Shown here piece by piece: positions 28,938 through 38,032 of a DNA stretch of 63,372 bases. How positions within the stretch are numbered: position 1 is the stretch's first letter; every line of letters starts with the position of its first letter. The notes under the pieces were generated by a model. It did no database searches. It saw nothing but the letters and a program-made list of their open reading frames with translations, and was not told the DNA's origin. The stretch comes from Bacteroidales bacterium (GTDB taxonomy: Bacteria; Bacteroidota; Bacteroidia; Bacteroidales; UBA1715): positions 1 to 63,372 of the forward strand of contig JAQICB010000106.1 in assembly GCA_027858745.1 (NCBI GenBank), given 5' to 3'. The position numbers and the translations under genes were made by a program.

Positions 28938-29831
28938 TTGATTATGAGAACAAAATTATATGCAAATTTAGCTATTTTAGGAGCGAACTTACTGTATGGA
29001 GTAAATTATATTGCGGTGAAAGAAATTCTTCCCGAACATGCTTCGTGGCAAGCACTTGCCTTGTTACGCGGAGTAGGAGCTTTGGTCTTGTTTTCTCTCG
29101 GTTCATTCTTTATAAACACCGACACAATAGAGCGAAAAGATATGTGGAAATTGGCAATAGCCGGTTTTTTGGGTGTTACGGTCAATCAGTCTCTGCTGGT
29201 GTGGGGAATTGAATTGTCGAGTCCGGTAAATGCGTCGATTATTATGACTTTGAATCCTTTGTTTGTTATGATAATGTCCGCAATAGTATTACAATATCCT
29301 ATTACCCGTCAAAAAATCGCAGGTATTATTTTGGGTGGTTTGGGAGCTGTTATGTTAATTGTTACTTCTCGATACAATGAATTTACCGGTGCACATATTG
29401 CCGGCGATTTGATTATTTTATCGAACGCTATTATGTATGGCCTCTATCTTGTGTGGACAAAACCCTTGATGAAAAAATATGGATCCTTTACGGTTCTTAA
29501 ATATATGTTTATGTTTGGTGTTGTTCCTGTCTTTTTTTATGGTGGTCCCGGTGTGTTGCAAATTGACATTGCTTCTTTGTCGCCAGTTGTAATTGGTGCT
29601 TTTGTTTTTGTTATTGTAGGAGCTACATTTCTTACCTATATGCTCAATATTATTGGATTGAAGCATGTAAACCCAACCACTGTGAGTATTTACATTTATA
29701 TTCAACCGATAGTGGCCACTATTATTTCTGTTTTTTTAGGACAGGATTTTTTTTCCTGGTATAAAGTCCTTTCGATGGTCCTTGTATTTGTGGGGGTATA
29801 TTTGGTAACTCAAACAAATAAAGGAAGCTGA
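28938..29831 (+). CDS. EamA/DMT-family transporter
   Basis: About 10 TM segments in two EamA-like halves. Confidence 0.8.
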   Translation: MIMRTKLYANLAILGANLLYGVNYIAVKEILPEHASWQALALLRGVGALVLFSLGSFFINTDTIERKDMWKLAIAGFLGVTVNQSLLVWGIELSSPVNASIIMTLNPLFVMIMSAIVLQYPITRQKIAGIILGGLGAVMLIVTSRYNEFTGAHIAGDLIILSNAIMYGLYLVWTKPLMKKYGSFTVLKYMFMFGVVPVFFYGGPGVLQIDIASLSPVVIGAFVFVIVGATFLTYMLNIIGLKHVNPTTVSIYIYIQPIVATIISVFLGQDFFSWYKVLSMVLVFVGVYLVTQTNKGS

Positions 29832-29834
29832 TTT

Positions 29835-30204
29835 TTATGTGTGGGCAATAGCAGAAATCTCAATAATAGCATTGAGAGGAAGTGCCGAAACTTCTATGAC
29901 TTGTCGAGCCGGGAACGGTTTTGAAAAGTACTGAGCATACACCGTATTTACTTCGGTGAATTTCGATTACGAAAATAGTGCAAAAGCTAATATTCGTAAA
30001 ATCCATATGATCTGCTCGAAGAATAGCTTCAATATTTTCCATTACTTGTTTTGTTGCCAAACTAAAGTCGGAGTTTACCAAAAAATCTTGTTCAACATTC
30101 AATGGTAATTGTCCTGAAATATAGAGTGTCTTGTCTTTTTTTATTGCCTGACTGTATGGTCCGATAGGTTTTGGGGCTTGTGACGATTCAATAGCAGTTT
30201 TCAT
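29835..30204 (-). pseudogene. ridA: RidA/YjgF-family deaminase, frameshifted near 29960-29968
   Basis: The frame from 30204 gives PIGPYSQAI...SGQLPL, then nonsense after TIFVIE. A second frame, continuing from about 29960 to the stop at 29835, gives FTEVNTVYAQYFSKPFPARQVIEVSALPLNAIIEISAIAHT, the canonical RidA C-terminus. The span is 370 nt, not a multiple of 3. Confidence 0.7.
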
Positions 30205-30215
30205 AAAATAATGTT

Positions 30216-32801
30216 TTAGAAATATTGGGTAGAACTTTGCATGTCTAATTTTAAGTCTTTAAGCATATCAGCTTTTACGCGGAGCGTAAAATCCCAGCGT
30301 TGTCTCAAGCCGATAGGAGTCCAGTTGAAACTCATTTCCCAACAGTGAAGGTCACGATAAATGTCTAATTGTAGGCGTGAAATAGCTTTTTGCGTAAAAT
30401 CCCAGCCTGTTCCGTAACTGATATTCCAGTTTTTTGTGAGTTTTAAACTTCCGCTTATACCCATGGTTTGAATAATTTTATTCGAAACCGAGTCAAGTTC
30501 GTTGTGTTTATTGTAATAATAGGTGCGGGGAACGCTAATAGAATATGAGACGTTTAAGTTCCACGGCATTTCCCAGTAATTGAATTCCGACGTTTTAGGC
30601 ACTGTCTCTTTTGTCGGAATCGGACCAAATTTATAATTAAATGAAGTTTGCCATTTTTCATTTTGTTTTCTCCATAAGCGCCCGTATCGATCAATCATGT
30701 ATGAGTTTGAACGAACCAAGTTTTTCGCACCTGGTGTTTCTGCTGCAAGTACATAGGGATCGAATGATGCTGAATATGTAATATCAAATCGATTAAATAA
30801 TTCCGTCTTTCCTGACACCGAAATATAGCTCATTTTAAGAGAATCTGCGGCGAAATTATAATCTCCCGAGAGGGTTAATTGTTTAATAAGCGAAATTTTT
30901 CTGTAGCCCGTAACGGTATCTTCTGCATCGCGAATTTTTGCCTCAACATTATTCCCTATAGTAAAGTTAAGAGAACTTTGTTTATGATTGTTCGGTCTGC
31001 CATAGATACCATCTTCAAAATAGGAATATTCAGCCATATCACCCTCATTGTTTTTTTGAACGGTATCATAGTAATGATACCTGTTTTCTGAAAAATCTGG
31101 TGTTAAATTGTACGAAATACTTGGAGTAATAATATGACGGATAGCCCGAAGGTGTTGTGAGCGAAACTGATACATTCCGTAAACCATTGTACGAACGCTC
31201 ACGCCTGTACTGTAATTCCAAACGCGGTTGAATTCCGATATTTTTGTTTCAGTAACATCGCCATAAGTTGTGTCGCTGTTTGAAATGTTCATGAGTGAAT
31301 TGTCCCATGATTTTTCTAATTTGTCAAAATACCAACGTTCTTGATAATTAAAAGACGGCGAAATCGTAAAATATTTTAAGAGATTGAAGCTTGTGCGAAT
31401 AGGAATTTTGTGGTTTATGCCTTTTTCGAAAGCATCCAGTGTTTTCTGTGAATAAAAGGTGGAATCCAGTTTTGCATTTTTGAGTGAGTTTTGCATTTCC
31501 CCATTATACGAAATGGTAATTTTATTGTAAAATCGTTGTTTTGATTTTTTTGAGGTAAACGGCGTAATTGAATTCATGTTCCAATTAAGTTGTGGAATAG
31601 TAAGCGAAATGATACTGTCAATGTTGTTTTGGTTATGTAAAAAAGAAGATGAAAACCCAAAAGGTGTTCCCGTAAATTGTTTGCTGTATGATATACTTGA
31701 GCTGATACGGTTATTATAAATATCCTCCTCGTTGAAGGAATTTTGACGTGCAAACCCAGCCGAACCGTAATTTACGTTTGCACTAAAATTGCCACCATTC
31801 ATAGATTTAGGGTCTTGTGAGTGAGTCCATCGAACATTGAATTGAGGAGTTTGTTGTATTTCATCGGAAACTAAACTTGAATATGAGACTGAAAAGTTAC
31901 CGTTAAATGTGTATCTTTTTTTATAGTATGAGCTAAGGTTTGTACGCCATGAACCTAAGGTGTACAGATCGGCAGTCCATCTGAGATCAACGTAATCACT
32001 AAATCCTAAATAAACACCCATATCCCGAAAATAAAATCCTTTTGAAACCTCTTCGCCGACTTTCGGTATTAAAATGCCGTTTGTTTGTCCTTTTTTATTC
32101 GGAAAAAAACCAAAAGGAATAACAAGAGGAATTGGTATTTCATCAATAATAAGCCATGCCGGACCAAAAAGAATTTTGTCATTCGGTATTAATTTCCCTT
32201 TTGTAATGTGAATATAAAAATGTGGGGGATCAGCATCGCAAGTTGTATATTTTCCTTGTTTGATGTGAATTTCTTTGTTCGGGAAAATTTTCGTGGTTTT
32301 TCCGTGTAAATATGCTTCATCTTCTTCGGTTATAACATCATAGACCAAACCCTTTTTTGTTTTAAAGTTGTATTTCATCGAGTCCGAATCAAACGCATTT
32401 GAATTGTCGGTGTAGGAGGGGGTGCCAAATTGTGTGTTTGTTGAATCGATTGAACCTTTTGCGAAAATTTCACTTTTTGATAAATCCATATTGATAAAAT
32501 CGGAGTTGAGTTTGATAGATTCATACTCAATCTGTGCTTCACCAAACGAAATGACATGTTTTTTTGAAATATCAAAAATAATGGAATCGTTTGAAGAATA
32601 TATAACTTGTGCATCTATTGCCTGATTGGACTTTGACGAATCGGCAGGTTCAATGGAAACAATTGTGTCGACACGAATAGAATCCACTGCAAGGCTGTCT
32701 GCATGTTCGATGATTCCATCTGTGTTTTGGGCAAACACAGTTGTCATGCAACAGAAAATGTGAATGATGATAAAAAAATATGTTCTATTTAGTATTTGCA
32801 A
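30216..32801 (-). CDS. large outer-membrane beta-barrel protein, LptD-like (Bacteroidota 'putative LPS assembly protein LptD' family)
   Basis: 861 aa with a signal peptide, beta-rich, aromatic C-terminus (...STQYF). Family assignment is from memory only. Confidence 0.6.
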   Translation of the reverse strand: MQILNRTYFFIIIHIFCCMTTVFAQNTDGIIEHADSLAVDSIRVDTIVSIEPADSSKSNQAIDAQVIYSSNDSIIFDISKKHVISFGEAQIEYESIKLNSDFINMDLSKSEIFAKGSIDSTNTQFGTPSYTDNSNAFDSDSMKYNFKTKKGLVYDVITEEDEAYLHGKTTKIFPNKEIHIKQGKYTTCDADPPHFYIHITKGKLIPNDKILFGPAWLIIDEIPIPLVIPFGFFPNKKGQTNGILIPKVGEEVSKGFYFRDMGVYLGFSDYVDLRWTADLYTLGSWRTNLSSYYKKRYTFNGNFSVSYSSLVSDEIQQTPQFNVRWTHSQDPKSMNGGNFSANVNYGSAGFARQNSFNEEDIYNNRISSSISYSKQFTGTPFGFSSSFLHNQNNIDSIISLTIPQLNWNMNSITPFTSKKSKQRFYNKITISYNGEMQNSLKNAKLDSTFYSQKTLDAFEKGINHKIPIRTSFNLLKYFTISPSFNYQERWYFDKLEKSWDNSLMNISNSDTTYGDVTETKISEFNRVWNYSTGVSVRTMVYGMYQFRSQHLRAIRHIITPSISYNLTPDFSENRYHYYDTVQKNNEGDMAEYSYFEDGIYGRPNNHKQSSLNFTIGNNVEAKIRDAEDTVTGYRKISLIKQLTLSGDYNFAADSLKMSYISVSGKTELFNRFDITYSASFDPYVLAAETPGAKNLVRSNSYMIDRYGRLWRKQNEKWQTSFNYKFGPIPTKETVPKTSEFNYWEMPWNLNVSYSISVPRTYYYNKHNELDSVSNKIIQTMGISGSLKLTKNWNISYGTGWDFTQKAISRLQLDIYRDLHCWEMSFNWTPIGLRQRWDFTLRVKADMLKDLKLDMQSSTQYF

Positions 32802-32929
32802 ATGTTTTAATGCTATTTTTGTAAATAAAATAAATTGTTAGAATTTGTTGCCAAAAATAATTAGAAATTTTTATCATATACTAAAAACTGAAGACTATTC
32901 GTAAATATTATATAGTTTTTACTTGAGAA

Positions 32930-34051
32930 ATGAATAAACGACAACATATATTATATAGTATACAAGTATTATTTTTAATGTTTTTTTCTGTTTGTGGCGT
33001 CGCACAAGAAAATTCGTATAAAATTAAAACAGTAGTTATTGATGCTGGGCATGGTGGAAAAGATCCGGGAGCTGTCGGTTCTAAAGCAAAAGAGAAAGAT
33101 ATTACATTAGCGATAGCACTAAAGACAGGTGAGTTAATCGAGAAATATTTGCCCAATGTAAAAGTTATTTATACTCGTTCGACCGATGTGTTTGTCGAAT
33201 TGCATAAGCGAGCAGATATAGCTAATAAAAATTATGCTGATCTTTTCATATCTATTCACGTAAATGCAAATAGAAATAAATCTGCATATGGTGCCGATTC
33301 TTGGGTCATGGGATTGCATAAGTCGCAAGCAAATTTAGAAGTTGCAAAACTCGAGAATAAAGTAATTAGTATTGAAGATAATTATGAAACCAGATATGAG
33401 GGAATGTCTGCTCAAAATACTGATGCAATTATAATACATACAATGATGCAGAGTGCAAATTTGGAATTGAGTGCAACTTTAGCATCATTTGTTCAAGATC
33501 AATTTAGAGAGCGAGTAGGGCGCAGAGACCGAGGTGTTCGTTCTGCCCCCTTTCTTGTGTTGTGGAAAACCACCATGCCGAGTGTTTTAATCGAAACCGG
33601 ATTTATTACCAACGAAGTAGAACAAGCATTTTTGATGACTGAATTAGGGCAAGAATATATGGCTTCAGCTGTATTTCGTGCTTTTCGTGATTATAAAAAT
33701 ATGATTGAGCGAAAAACAAATTTTGATGTTGATACCGCATTTATTAATCAACAAGAAATGATTCAAAACGCTCTGGTAATTGACACGACTAAGCAATTGT
33801 TTTTCTCTGTTCAGATTGCTTCATCAAAAAATAAAATTGAAACCATTCCGCAAAATTTTAAAGGTTTAGAAAATGTTTTTATATTGCAAGAAAATAAGGT
33901 GTATAAATATCTTGTACACAAAGAAACTGATTATGAAAAGCTAAAGTCTGAACTTTCTCGGATACAAGAACTGTACTCGTCAGCATATATAGTTGCTGTG
34001 CAGAATAATAAACGTATAGATTTACAGAAAGCATTAAAACAAACACAGTAA
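32930..34051 (+). CDS. N-acetylmuramoyl-L-alanine amidase (Amidase_3) with C-terminal SPOR-like domain
   Basis: VVIDAGHGGKDPGA, ISIHVNA and a C-terminal FFSVQIASSKNK... SPOR-like segment. Confidence 0.85.
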   Translation: MNKRQHILYSIQVLFLMFFSVCGVAQENSYKIKTVVIDAGHGGKDPGAVGSKAKEKDITLAIALKTGELIEKYLPNVKVIYTRSTDVFVELHKRADIANKNYADLFISIHVNANRNKSAYGADSWVMGLHKSQANLEVAKLENKVISIEDNYETRYEGMSAQNTDAIIIHTMMQSANLELSATLASFVQDQFRERVGRRDRGVRSAPFLVLWKTTMPSVLIETGFITNEVEQAFLMTELGQEYMASAVFRAFRDYKNMIERKTNFDVDTAFINQQEMIQNALVIDTTKQLFFSVQIASSKNKIETIPQNFKGLENVFILQENKVYKYLVHKETDYEKLKSELSRIQELYSSAYIVAVQNNKRIDLQKALKQTQ

Positions 34052-34064
34052 AAATAAAAATATC

Positions 34065-35048
34065 GTGGAAAAAGATAAAATTATTAAAATAGGATTAATT
34101 GTAGTATTAACAGTGGTGTTTTTTTATTGGGGATTTAATTTCTTAAAAGGAAAAAATGTATTCACTCAAACAAATACATATTATGCCCATTATGAACGAA
34201 CAGACGGGTTGCAGAAAAATGCAGCTGTGTTGATGCGCGGACATAAAATCGGGCAGGTTTCAGACATTACATTTACCACAAGTCGATATGAGAGTTTAAC
34301 GGTAGAAATGACAATTGATAAATCAATTCAATTACCTGAATATACAATTTCCCGCATTTTTAGTTCCGATATAATGGGAACAAAATCTGTTGATTTAATT
34401 TTACCCGATACTGAAGACAATGTCTATGAAGTAATGAAAGAGGGTGATTTTTTTGTGAGTGAAATAGAAGGTAGTCTGCAAGATCAAGTAAGACTACAAA
34501 TGGCTCCTTTGAAAAAACAAGCAGAAGATTTAATAGAACAAACATCTGTTGCTATAGAGCAAGTGAAATATGTGCTTAACGAAAGTACGGGAAAACACCT
34601 TAAGGAAAGCTTTATCAAAATTCAAAAGGCAGTTGATGCAATTCATAATTCGAGTGTTACTATCGATACTATATTAACCAATGGGAATACAAATATTCAA
34701 CGAACATTAAGTCATGTTGAGAAAATCACCAAAGTTGTAAGTGATAAAGATAAGGAAATAGGACGTATTATTGAGAGTTTTGCCTCAATAAGCGATTCCT
34801 TGGCTCAATCTAATGTAAAAGAGACTATTATGTTGACAGATAGTGTGATGACTGAATTAAATGGCATAATTGCAAAAATAAATGCAGGTGAAGGATCGAT
34901 GGGAGCACTTATACAAAACAAAGATTTATATGATAATTTGGAAGCAAGTTCTCAAAAATTAGATGCTCTTTTACAAGATATCAATGAAAATCCGAAACGG
35001 TATGTTTCATTTCCATTAATTAGTTTCCCTAAAAAATCAAAAAAATAA
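34065..35048 (+). CDS. MlaD/MCE-family protein
   Basis: N-terminal TM, an MCE domain (VLMRGHKIGQVSDI) and a helical C-terminal region. Confidence 0.75.
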   Translation: MEKDKIIKIGLIVVLTVVFFYWGFNFLKGKNVFTQTNTYYAHYERTDGLQKNAAVLMRGHKIGQVSDITFTTSRYESLTVEMTIDKSIQLPEYTISRIFSSDIMGTKSVDLILPDTEDNVYEVMKEGDFFVSEIEGSLQDQVRLQMAPLKKQAEDLIEQTSVAIEQVKYVLNESTGKHLKESFIKIQKAVDAIHNSSVTIDTILTNGNTNIQRTLSHVEKITKVVSDKDKEIGRIIESFASISDSLAQSNVKETIMLTDSVMTELNGIIAKINAGEGSMGALIQNKDLYDNLEASSQKLDALLQDINENPKRYVSFPLISFPKKSKK

Positions 35049-35304
35049 ATTCGTATACTCACGTAGCCCAATATTGACCAATGTTGCACCTGTTTTTCTT
35101 CGTAAATCATTGTATGTTAGTGTTTTGAATATTTTTTTATTTTTTTTTCAAAAAGTGTAATTTTTAACTGATTGACTTTAAAATCCATACATATTTTTTT
35201 TAAAAAGCAAGTTTAAAAGCTGTTTTTTTTTCAAAAAATTATCATCATTTTTGTTGAAGAATAAAAATCGAAAAATTAATTAACGCACTTATTAAAATTA
35301 TACA

Positions 35305-36744
35305 ATGGAGGTACAACACGAAACTCTATGGGAGAAATGTTTGGACATTATTAAAGATAATTTAGATTCTAAATTATCATTTGAAACATGGTTTAAACCA
35401 ATTAAACCATTGAAAATAGACAATAATGTTTTAACAATTCAAGTCCCTAGTCCTTTTTATTATGAATACATTGAGGCACATTACATAGACTTGTTAAGTA
35501 AAACTCTACGCAAAGTTTTAGGTGCCGAAGCTAAACTGGAGTATAGTGTGATAATGGAGCAACCAACACAAGCAGAGAAAACTCCTACAGCAGTGCAAAT
35601 GCCCGGTAAGTCAAATGTGAATCTTAACAACAAAATCTTTCACCAACCTTCATATTCTTCCGATAATAAGATTATTCGTAACCCATTTATTATCCCCGGA
35701 ATTAAAAATATTCATATAGATTCTCAGTTAAATCCTAATTATTCTTTTGATAATTTTATTGAAGGTGAATGTAATCGACTGGCTCGTTCTGCCGGTCTTA
35801 CTGTTGCCCAAAATAGCGGAAAAACTAATTTTAATCCCTTATTTATATATAGTAAACCGGGACTTGGAAAGTCTCACTTGGTGCAAGCTATTGGTATTGA
35901 AATTAAAGAGAAGTTTCCTAAAAAAACAGTTTTGTATCTTGATGCAGATACGTTCCAACGTCAATTTGCTGAGGCAACTATCAAAAATGAACGTAATGAT
36001 TTTATGCACTTTTATCAAATGATAGATGTGCTTATTATTGACGATGTGCAATGGTTTGCAGGAAAAGAGCGTACTCAAAATGCCTTTTTTCAAATATTTA
36101 ATTATTTGCATCAAAAAAACAAGCAAATAATTCTTACATCTGATCGCCCTCCTGTAGAAATTCAAGGTATTGAAGATAGATTATTGTCTCGTTTTAAATG
36201 GGGACTTTCTGCTGAATTAATGGTACCGGATTTTCAAACGCGTTTAGAAATACTCAAACGAAAAACATATACCGACGGTATTGATATTGATGAAGAAATT
36301 TTAGAGTATGTTGCAAACCATATTTCAACTAATATTCGAGAATTAGAGGGCATTTTGATATCATTACTTGCTCAATCAACAATCAATAATAAAGAAATCA
36401 CAGTTGATTTAGCGAAAGATATTGTCGAAAAATTAGTTAAAAATACCCAACAAGATATTTCAATCGATTTTATCAAAAAAACAGTCTGTGAGTATTTTAG
36501 CATCCCGTTAGAACAATTAAAATCAAAAACTCGCAAACGCGAAATTGTACAATCTCGTCAGGTGGCTATGTATTTTGCTAAAAGTTTTACGAAAAATTCT
36601 TTGGCAACAATAGGTGCTCAGATAGGTGGAAAAGATCACGCTACGGTTCTTCATGCCTGTAAAACAATCAACAATCTTGTTGAAACTGATAAACGCTTTA
36701 AACGATATGTATCTGATATTGAGAAACGTTTTAAAATGCAATAA
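35305..36744 (+). CDS. dnaA: chromosomal replication initiator DnaA
   Basis: Walker A GLGKSHL, sensor motifs and the C-terminal DNA-binding helix (GGKDHATVLHACK). Confidence 0.95.
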   Translation: MEVQHETLWEKCLDIIKDNLDSKLSFETWFKPIKPLKIDNNVLTIQVPSPFYYEYIEAHYIDLLSKTLRKVLGAEAKLEYSVIMEQPTQAEKTPTAVQMPGKSNVNLNNKIFHQPSYSSDNKIIRNPFIIPGIKNIHIDSQLNPNYSFDNFIEGECNRLARSAGLTVAQNSGKTNFNPLFIYSKPGLGKSHLVQAIGIEIKEKFPKKTVLYLDADTFQRQFAEATIKNERNDFMHFYQMIDVLIIDDVQWFAGKERTQNAFFQIFNYLHQKNKQIILTSDRPPVEIQGIEDRLLSRFKWGLSAELMVPDFQTRLEILKRKTYTDGIDIDEEILEYVANHISTNIRELEGILISLLAQSTINNKEITVDLAKDIVEKLVKNTQQDISIDFIKKTVCEYFSIPLEQLKSKTRKREIVQSRQVAMYFAKSFTKNSLATIGAQIGGKDHATVLHACKTINNLVETDKRFKRYVSDIEKRFKMQ

Positions 36745-36785
36745 GTAGAAAGGTTATATAAAAATGGTTTATAATTATATAATTA

Positions 36786-36824
36786 AAAAACCGAAGTCTT
36801 GTAAGATTTCGGTTTTTTTATTTT
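36786..36824 (+). terminator. rho-independent terminator after dnaA
   Basis: CCGAAGTC / TTGTAA / GATTTCGG, followed by TTTTTTTATTTT. Confidence 0.75.
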
Positions 36825-36880
36825 AAAATGTATTGTAATGCATTTTGAATTTTATACACTTTTGGGGATAGCATCTTTAA

Positions 36881-37003
36881 ACCTGAGTTCGATATAATTT
36901 TTTAGGTTCAGAATGCTTATAAACAGCTTTTTATATCAACAGAGAACAAAGGACGAGCTCAGCGGAGCTAATCTGAACTCGAAAAATTACGTCGAACTCG
37001 GGT
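36881..37003 (+). mobile_element. MITE-like element, complete copy 4 (123 bp)
   Basis: ~34-nt imperfect TIRs (ACCTGAGTTCGATATAATTTTTTAGGTTCAGAAT ... ATCTGAACTCGAAAAATTACGTCGAACTCGGGT). Flanked by TTTAA / TTCAA. Confidence 0.8.
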
Positions 37004-37082
37004 TTCAAGGAATGTGATAAATATGAACCACAGTACAATAATGTATTCGAGGATGTATATTTTGAACAGCACGTCAGAAAAA

Positions 37083-38018
37083 TTAAATCCCTGCACCATA
37101 TTCAAATTTTTCGTACCGTGCTTTAGATTGAACAATTCTTCCGCCGACAGGCACATCATTAGTTACCCACACGTTACCGCCAATAATAGCATCTTTTCCA
37201 ATAGTTATTCGTCCCAATATTGTTGCATTTGAATAAATGATAACATTATCCTCAACAATAGGATGCCGCGGAATACCTTTAATCGGATTTCCATGTTCGT
37301 CCAATGGAAAGCTCTTTGCACCAAGCGTAACCCCCTGATATATTTGAACATGTCTGCCAATAATACAAGTTGCACCAATTACAACACCGGTTCCGTGATC
37401 TATAGTGAAATATTCGCCAATTTCAGCTTCCGGATGAATATCAATACCCGTTTCTGAATGAGCCATTTCGGAAATAATTCTCGGAATAAGGGGCACCCCC
37501 AGTTTAATAAGCTGATGAGCTATTCGGTAGTTAATCAGTGTTTTGATTACCGGATAGCAAAATATAATTTCACCATATGATTTTGCCGCAGGATCACCAT
37601 TATAAGCCGCTTGAATATCTGTTGATAAAAGGCGACGAATTTCCGGTAAGGTTTCAATAAATTCTGCTGTAAATATTTCGGATTGACTGTCGCACACTTC
37701 ACATTTGCTGTAGTCAAAATGTTCATTGCTGCATGCAAAACAAAGTCCTCGACGAATTTGAATGGTTAATGATTGGTATAATTTGTCAATATTTACTCCG
37801 GTATAATATGAAATAGTTTCTTCTTTGAGCACATCATTGCCAAAATATCCCGGAAAAAGAACCTCCCGGAGAATATCTACTATTTTATGTAATTCTTTTA
37901 CCGATGGCATTGGCGAACCGTGGTTGGGCTCATGGTAAACCGAATTGTACGACTCAGGAGAAGATAAATTCTCTATTGATTTATGAAGTGAATCTTGAAT
38001 TTGTTTTGTTTTTTTCAT
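37083..38018 (-). CDS. cysE: serine O-acetyltransferase (long form)
   Basis: Left-handed beta-helix hexapeptide repeats (GTGVVIGATCIIGRHVQIYQGVTLG) and an N-terminal SATase helical domain. Confidence 0.8.
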   Translation of the reverse strand: MKKTKQIQDSLHKSIENLSSPESYNSVYHEPNHGSPMPSVKELHKIVDILREVLFPGYFGNDVLKEETISYYTGVNIDKLYQSLTIQIRRGLCFACSNEHFDYSKCEVCDSQSEIFTAEFIETLPEIRRLLSTDIQAAYNGDPAAKSYGEIIFCYPVIKTLINYRIAHQLIKLGVPLIPRIISEMAHSETGIDIHPEAEIGEYFTIDHGTGVVIGATCIIGRHVQIYQGVTLGAKSFPLDEHGNPIKGIPRHPIVEDNVIIYSNATILGRITIGKDAIIGGNVWVTNDVPVGGRIVQSKARYEKFEYGAGI

Positions 38019-38032
38019 GATAGATAGTATGT

